Positions 47,589 to 55,976 of a DNA stretch of 55,976 nucleotides are shown in pieces. Both the position numbers and the translations under genes were made by a program. The stretch spans positions 1 to 55,976 of the forward strand of contig MU626394.1 of the NCBI GenBank assembly GCA_025603075.1, written 5' to 3'. Position 1 is the first letter of the stretch. Each line of letters opens with the position of its first letter. The stretch comes from Neoconidiobolus thromboides FSU 785. Taxonomy: Eukaryota > Fungi > Entomophthoromycota. Below the pieces are notes generated by a model. That model did no database searches and was not told the origin of the DNA. It saw only the letters and a program-made list of their open reading frames with translations.

Positions 47589-48135
47589 ATGAGTAATTCA
47601 AACGTCTACTTTGATACTATCATTGGTGGTTCCCTAGCAGGACCTATTGTTATGGAACTTCGTAAAGACGTTGTTCCAAACACATCTGAAAACTTTCGCG
47701 CTTTATGCACAGGAGAAAAGGGATTTGGTTATAAAGATTTTACTTTCCAGCGGGTTATACATAACTTTATGTGCCAAGGAGGTGATTTTACTAATGGTAA
47801 TGGTACTGGTGGTAAATTTGTTTATGGTGAGAAATTTGAGGATAAAAATTTCACACTAAAGCACGCTATTAGGCTACTATTTAAATTATAATTCACTACA
47901 ACATATCTAATGCTTTATAGGACCTGGCACCCTTTCTATGGCTAATGCAGAAGCCAATACTAATGGCTCTCAATTCTTTCTTTATACTATTAAAACTGAT
48001 TGGTTAGATAATAAACATGTTGTTTTTGGTTCGGTTGTTGAAGGTATAGACGTAGTTAAAAAGATTGAAGAACAAGGTACTCAGTCCGGTAAACCTAAGT
48101 CTAAGATTCATGTTGCTGATTGTGGTGAGCTTTAA
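47589..48135 (+). pseudogene. Cyclophilin A-type PPIase, probably pseudogenised (intron donor TT instead of GT)
   Basis: Two exons give [15 protein letters not shown]...KHAR|PGTLSMAN...[10 protein letters not shown] only if 47869-47920 is spliced, but this intron starts TTAGGC. The unspliced ORF stops at 47891. Confidence 0.7.
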
Positions 48136-48262
48136 ATTGGACTTCAAAAATAAAAACTTCTATTTTTAGTAATAATAAATTGGTTGCATCATCAAAATTT
48201 TTAGTCTTTGAAATTAAAAATTAAATTGTAACTTTTTTATTTGTAATTTTCAAAATTTAGTA

Positions 48263-49674
48263 ATGTCTTCAATTATCAAATCCCTATCATTCCCAAGCTT
48301 TAAAATAGGCTTAATACAGCTAAAAGTAAGCAGTAATAAAGCTACTAACTTAACAAGAGCTAGAGAGTTGGTTTTAAAAGCAGCTAAAAATAAAGCAGAG
48401 GTCATTGTACTACCAGTAAGTAAATCAAACCTGTTGATACACAAAATAATAAAATAACAGCGATAATGACAATGGTGAATTACTTAACAAATGCAACATT
48501 TTATAGGAATGTTTCAATTCCCCTTATGGTACCCAATATTTCAATGAGTATGCAGAAACCATTCCTAATGGCGAAAGTTCCAATGCACTAGCTGAGATGG
48601 CAAAGGTAAATAATGATATATAACTAAGATCTTATTAAATTGTTTAATTTCAGGAGGCTAAAGTTTATTTGGTTGGAGGTAATAAAAGAAGGACGTTTTT
48701 TCCAAAATCATAGTTTAAATTACTTTTGTTTCTAAGGCTCCATACCTGAACGTTTTAATGATAAATTATATAATACTTGCACTGTTTATGACCCGGAGGG
48801 TAAGTGGCTGTTACACTGTAGGGACATCCTAGTTAATTTAAAACAATATAGGAAGTTTGATTGCCAAACATCGAAAAGTTCATTTATTTGATATTGATGT
48901 ACCAGGGAAAATAAGGTTCCAGGTAAGAGTATAAAGATCTAATTAAAACTTAGAAATTAAGTACAAGTCTAAAGGAATCTGAAGTACTTTCGGCTGGTGA
49001 TAAAGCCACTTATTTTGAAACAAGTAATATATTTAACATTTTTGAGAATTAGCTGGTTTTATCTTACTTTTAATTAACTTAGAGTTCGGTAGAATTGGAC
49101 TTGGTATTTGCTACGATATTAGATTCCCACATTTAGCCAATATTGCTAGAGATCAAGGTAATCAGTATTAGAGTTTGATATAAATTCTATATCTAAAATT
49201 CTTAAGGTTGTATTGCTATGATTTACCCAGGTGCATTTAACCTTACTACTGGTCCACTACATTGGGAGTTACTTCAAAGAGCAAGGTACGCTTTAGCTTC
49301 TTTATATTAAATTGTATTATTTATTGAGAGTTTTTTATAGAGCGGTTGATAACCAAGTATAATTTATAAAACAATCATAATAAAAATAAGCTAACAAATC
49401 AGTTTTATGTAGCTGCTTGCTCCCCAGCCCGTGATTTAGAAGCTGGCTATAATGCTTGGGGCCATTCGACCATTGTTGATCCAAAGTAAACTATGATTTT
49501 AAGAAACGAGGAGGCTTTTTTATTAATATTTTATTAAGGGGCCAAGTAATTAGTACAACAGAGCATGAGGAAGCCATTGTTTATGGTGAAATTAATAGTG
49601 AAGAAATTAATAGTATACGTCAAAATATACCTATATTAAAACAAGCTAGACCTGAAGTTTATAAAAAATATTGA
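48263..49674 (+). CDS. NIT3: Omega-amidase Nit2/Nit3 (canonical, 11 exons)
   Basis: LP|[26 protein letters not shown]|[33 protein letters not shown]|RAVDNQ. Confidence 0.93.
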
Positions 49675-49762
49675 TGCATTTAACAAATAAAATGGAAAGA
49701 TATATAGTTTGTGTTTTATACGTATTTTTATTGAAATAACAGGGGGTTGTTTTATATTTATA

Positions 49763-50725
49763 TCATAATAAATAATAAAGTTCTGGTTTGGAATTATATT
49801 CAATTAATGTTAAATTGGAATTAACACTTTGTTCTTCATTTGGTATCCTAATAGGGTATTTGTATTGCCTTAATTCTTTATAAATAGATAAAATTGCGGG
49901 ATCAAAAAGAAAGAATAAAAAATTGATTGTACCTGGAGTAGTGGAAGCGAAATAAGAAATACCAATAGAAAGTGTTGATGTTAATGGTATCTCATTTTTG
50001 AATGTATATAATATAATATAAGGAAGTAAAGTTAAGCTTGGTACAATGGGATAAAGAATTAACCTTAATATTGAATTCATCATTGGGGGTGATTGGTATT
50101 CCTTCAAAGCTTCAACAGAAGCTAAGGAATCAATTGAATTTCGACGAGTTGGGAAAAACTTCACTCGTAATATAGTAGCTAGTACTAAAATGAAAATAAT
50201 ACTACAATAAATACATGGTATAATTACCCAAATTCCAAATAATCCATACATTAATAAAAGATCATTTGGACTTGGTACAATGTTCCAAATAGGACATGTA
50301 GATGTATTTAAAATCGATAGAAAAATTAAGGGAGTGGTTAAAACAGTGGAGAAAGTAAAGATAAAGATTAAATATTGAACTTCAGTAAAAAGATACTTTT
50401 TTTTGTTTAATAAAAAGATACAATGTAAATTATAAGCTAAAACTAAATTGACAGATATGAATAAAAAATTGGAAAAAAAAGAAACATTATTTAAAAGATG
50501 ACATAAACTACTCGATTTTCCATAATCAAATAACAAACAGATATGATTGAGTAAATCAGCTAAGCCGATAATAATATATAGTCGAAATGATAATCGCTTG
50601 CTAGCTTCCAATTTTAACAAAATACTTGTTAAGATTATCAAGATTAATAAAATACTGAGGACTAAACTTATTTTATTTAAAATGAGAAAGCTGTTTATCA
50701 ATTGTTTGATGGATTGACTTAACAT
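49763..50725 (-). CDS. 7-TM GPCR-like protein (Git3/cAMP-receptor-like)
   Basis: About seven hydrophobic segments; RLSFRL..IGLADLL, Cys after TM2 and in ECL2, RLILYPIVP, GTINFLFFLFDP. Confidence 0.72.
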   Translation of the reverse strand: MLSQSIKQLINSFLILNKISLVLSILLILIILTSILLKLEASKRLSFRLYIIIGLADLLNHICLLFDYGKSSSLCHLLNNVSFFSNFLFISVNLVLAYNLHCIFLLNKKKYLFTEVQYLIFIFTFSTVLTTPLIFLSILNTSTCPIWNIVPSPNDLLLMYGLFGIWVIIPCIYCSIIFILVLATILRVKFFPTRRNSIDSLASVEALKEYQSPPMMNSILRLILYPIVPSLTLLPYIILYTFKNEIPLTSTLSIGISYFASTTPGTINFLFFLFDPAILSIYKELRQYKYPIRIPNEEQSVNSNLTLIEYNSKPELYYLL

Positions 50726-51379
50726 TTATTAGAATATTTTGATAGAAATCAATTAGATAAAAAAAAATTATATTCTATTATAGCTCATGTTTTATATATT
50801 TTATATATATACCTTACTACCCCCATATTGCAGTTAGTTTTATTCATCCGATTATTTTCTATATTTATATACAATCAATATGTTTTTTGTTCATTTTGTA
50901 TTAAATATTAAGTTTCAATTAAAATTTTATTATTTACATGCTTTGAATTACCTATTTGAACTAAGACCGGTTTTTATTGAACTTTTAATTTTCAAAACTG
51001 GATTTTATTTTTAAAATTTTGAGTTTTATTTATTTAATAGTAAACCATTAGTTTATAGTATTAATGTTATTTATCAAATACTAAATTTACACAAATAAAA
51101 TGTTATTAACTTAAATTGTAATTATAATGTTTATTTTTAATGGCTTGGTATTTAAAATTTACAGTTAGAAGTTCCTTAAACTATACTGTTTAAAAAACAC
51201 TAATAGACATTTTACTTAGCTACACTTATCACTTTAAAATTTTAAAGTTGAAATTTTAAAATAATAACACTTAAATGATGATTATACAATGAATTTCTTT
51301 ACACTCAGCAATTACATCATATTCTTCCTGGTTTTTATATACTTCATCATTAACTTCAAACGTAACTTTCACCCTTCAA

Positions 51380-52219
51380 CTAGTTTCTCTTCAACCTTAA
51401 ATTCAATCTCAAACAATCCAATACACTTTGTAACACAGTTGTACCTGGCTCAAACAATTGTTCCAAAAAATCGGCAATGTTATCTAAAGCTTTTGCATTA
51501 TATCTCTCCCTACCCTCTTCATCTTGATGTAAAAAGGTGAATTTAGGTGACTCTCTACTTGGATAAGTTTTTGGAAACTTTACTAATAACATCAATCCAA
51601 TACATGAAGATAATTCTTGATACATATTCGATAGATTAAAAGTCCAACCATCACATTGTCGGGTTATATCTTCGGACGAAAATTGGCCTTTTAGTTTTGA
51701 TATTTCTAATTTTTGGATAAAATAATTCTTGGCTTTTTCTTCATCTGGAAGGTGGATGTTGTCTTCTTTTTCTTCATTCCTATTTACTCCAGATTTTTCT
51801 TGCTCCTTGTTTTCTTCAAAGTTATGGTTCTCACTTTTTTGGTTTTTTCTATCTTCTTCCTCACTTTTGTCGTTATCATCCCTTTCATCCTCCCCATTAT
51901 CCTCTTCATTTAAATTCATCCCATGGTCAAGTTGTTGATAAAGTTGTTCAATATTACTATAATATTCTTCATCTTCTTTAAGAATTTTTTCAAAATGAGC
52001 TTGATCTTCATCAGCTATTTTTTTAAAATATTCAGCTTGTTGTTGTAAACCAAGTTGAAATTCAGCATCGTCTTCAAAATTGAAATTTTGTTGTTCGGAA
52101 TCCAGCTTTTTTACTAATTGGGAATATTCTTCACGTTGAGTGGTTAGCAATATTTTGTATTGTTCATCGGTAGTTTTCATTGCAAGATGAAAATTGCGTT
52201 CTGCTTCTGAATGGCCCAT
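51380..52219 (-). CDS. Acidic coiled-coil protein with C-terminal RWD-like domain
   Basis: LLVKFPKTYPSRESPKFTF (YP...P motif) and LEQLFEPGTTVLQSVLDCLR fit the RWD fold. The N-half is E/D/Q-rich. Confidence 0.65.
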   Translation of the reverse strand: MGHSEAERNFHLAMKTTDEQYKILLTTQREEYSQLVKKLDSEQQNFNFEDDAEFQLGLQQQAEYFKKIADEDQAHFEKILKEDEEYYSNIEQLYQQLDHGMNLNEEDNGEDERDDNDKSEEEDRKNQKSENHNFEENKEQEKSGVNRNEEKEDNIHLPDEEKAKNYFIQKLEISKLKGQFSSEDITRQCDGWTFNLSNMYQELSSCIGLMLLVKFPKTYPSRESPKFTFLHQDEEGRERYNAKALDNIADFLEQLFEPGTTVLQSVLDCLRLNLRLKRN

Positions 52220-52389
52220 AGCTATTTGTTAGATACAATCAAATATTGGTTGTAATTTGGAAAAATAAAAATAAAACATTCAAAAAAACAAATTTTTTTC
52301 ACCAATAAAAAACCCTTAGCTTTACCCTTCTAATAAAAAAAAATTTGACCCATGACGCTCAACCTTTTTTTTAGTTTTTTCAATAAACC

Positions 52390-53759
<1,370 letters not shown>

Positions 53760-54162
53760 GTTGTATGATGACTTGTAATAAGTAGATATTGTTTTATTGA
53801 TTGAAATAATAACTTTATTAATTTTTATTAATAAATTTTTGAGTACAGGGCTGTGGTTAAGTTGTATTCGTACTTTATTTATTCTATTTAAGGTATACTT
53901 GTATATACAGCTAATTTTAATCTCAGCTTTTGTAAACTCATAAAAATTCAATTGAATCTTTTTTAACTGTCTCTTTATTTTTTATATCTGCTTTAGTTAT
54001 AGTATTAACACATCATAGCTATAATAAGAAAAAATTTTCAACAAGCTGGAAAAATTTCTGATAAAATTTTTTGACATCAGTAAATAAAATTAAGAATTTT
54101 TGTTATACTATTTAAACTTTGCTTACATTTATAGAAAAAAATTCCTGTTATAGTTATGATAT

Positions 54163-54260
54163 GTGGATGTTTTTTTTGATTTTGTTACTTTTTCATTTTT
54201 TAAGCGCTATTTGAGTAGAAAGATTGTTAGCAAAATTCTTAAACAAAAAAATACAGCCCT
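54163..54260 (+). mobile_element. ~98-bp MITE-like repeat, copy 11, flanked by ATAT/ATAT
   Basis: TTTTTAAGCGCTATTTGAGTAGAAAGATTGTTAGCAAAATTCTTAAACAAAAAAATACAGCCCT. Confidence 0.78.
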
Positions 54261-54509
54261 ATATGTTAAAAATACCTAATGTCGATATAATCGTTTATTT
54301 TATTTGCTATTGTAATGTTCTAATCAGTGTTTAATTTTTAATTTGAATACAAAACTGTTTTTATTACTATTAGTAATTTAAATCATAATTAATCACTACA
54401 TTTATACTATATGAACTTTTTAATTATTTTATTATAATCTTCACTTCAACTATAGTCATAAACCAGTAACTATAAAAAATAAAAAATATGTAATTTGTTT
54501 TTTATTAAT

Positions 54510-55695
54510 TATTGTCAAATAACCTATTGTTTCTTTATAAAAAATAAATACTAGATAAATTACCTCATTGTATTCTTTCTAGCATTATCTAATTTTTGTG
54601 ATATAATATCAATATAAACAATAATTGAATGCCTCAATTTTTATAATTTGGAATTGGATTAATACTGATACATACCCTCCTAGATAGGTCTAATTTATTT
54701 AGTTTCAATGTATATTATTTATTTTTGTTATAAATTAATTGATAAATTAGCTTTTAACAAAAAAGTAAACCTTTTTTTGCACTATAATAATCAAGGACTA
54801 GTGAGTAAATCATAGTAATACAACCTAATACTAAGGGATTGAGTAATAAAGTGAGTTGGTCTTCAAAATTAGTTACTTTATTCTGATACTATCTTAACAT
54901 ACTCTAGAAATCAAAGTTCATAGTATATATACCAATTTTATTATCTTTTTTATTAATTATTAATTGAAATCTAATGAATAGTAGCTTTATTTTATTTTAT
55001 TTTAATACTAGTATTGATATACATTAATTTGTTTCCAGAAGTAAGTACATCACTTTCATATCATATTAAAAAATAAAAGTTGGAATAATAACTATTGTTA
55101 TTAATGTTATTTGCTTTGAAATGTTTAATATTCATTCTTTTTCCTCCATATAAATCAATCTTTTTATCCCTATCAACATTGTTTCCTTTAACAATAATAT
55201 GAGATAAACAACAAAACTTTGAAACAGTTTATAATATTATCATTTGGGTCAAAAATAATATAAATATTATATGATTTATCTTCAATTCTTTCAGTAATAC
55301 TACCTAAATTTCAATGTTATTAAATTCAATTCATTTATTAACTTTAATTACCATCAATTATATAAACCTTGCCTGCTAAAATAAAATAAAATAAAATAAT
55401 TAGAAATCAATTATACAAAAGGAATTTTAACTTTGTTACTTCCTTAAAGTAATAGAATTACAAGTAACCCTATTTTGATTAATAAATTCATAACCTTTAA
55501 TTTAATAACATAAAAATATATAAAATATTTCTTTTTCTAATGATATAATATCAGAACCCTTGCAGATGAAATTAGAATTTTCATTTCATTTCCACTGACT
55601 TTTGATATCAACTCTTTTACCTTAATCAAACTATCCTCTGAATCAACACTTATAAGCATTTAAATTAAAGCTAATTTAAAATTCTTCGAACTCAT
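54510..55695 (-). pseudogene. Unprocessed pseudogene of the divergent nitrilase at 44659-46041
   Basis: MSSKNFKLALI*MLIS...KVKELISK versus MNPKNFKLALVQMLVS...KAKELILK. Exons and introns are homologous in order (e.g. GAAAGTGATGT..CTGGAAACAAATTAA, GGTTGTATTACTATGATTTAC), with stops, frameshifts and lost donors. 3' limit approximate. Confidence 0.85.
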
Positions 55696-55706
55696 TTTTG
55701 AAGTAG

Positions 55707-55973
55707 TGTGAAATATCGCTTTGTCAGTCCCATGGTTAATTATAGCATAACAATCGCCTAAGCTGTTGTGTTCTTGAGTTCAGAGAAAATCAATCCCACG
55801 TTCTTAGTTTGATTTGTTATGAGAATTTCTAGCTGATATTTATACTTTTCAGGGTATAAAAGAGTTTACAGAGTATAGTAGTTCAAGGCTTTTTAACTGA
55901 ATTAATCCCTGATATCTCGAACATTTAATAAAGCCACTAAGTTTTCTTAATAGTATTTTGCGTAGATTTTACA
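55707..55973 (+). mobile_element. Putative solo LTR (~267 bp)
   Basis: Starts TGTGAAAT and ends ATTTTACA (7/8 inverted match). TATAAAAG at ~55855, AATAAA at ~55927. A second copy lies at 1-107. Confidence 0.6.
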
Positions 55974-55976
55974 TTA

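Overview
Very AT-rich eukaryotic nuclear DNA with many short (about 40-90 nt) GT-AG introns and the standard genetic code. The gene set (MDM12, COX19, TMA7, Gti1/Pac2, bacterial-type bestrophin, Lds/RRT8-like) points to a fungus. The composition fits an early-diverging lineage such as Entomophthoromycotina (Conidiobolus-like), which is an inference only. I reconstructed about 26 protein genes, most of them spliced and so only partly visible in the ORF track, plus 2 tRNAs, 2-3 pseudogenes, 3 LTR-like pieces and 11 copies of a ~98-bp non-coding element with GGG...CCC ends and AWWT flanks. Most notable: (1) an ODC-fold decarboxylase that keeps the PLP machinery but has lost both acidic substrate-binding residues; (2) a secreted two-domain 6-Cys protein of unrecognised fold; (3) the clustered ~98-bp MITE-like family; (4) a three-copy Nit2/Nit3 array (canonical, re-tooled, dead) with a splice-broken cyclophilin inside it; (5) a WOPR protein with a charge-reversed DNA-binding loop; (6) a hidden Rec8-like kleisin. 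No prokaryotic-type system such as CRISPR is present. Exon boundaries were read by eye and may be off by a few bases.
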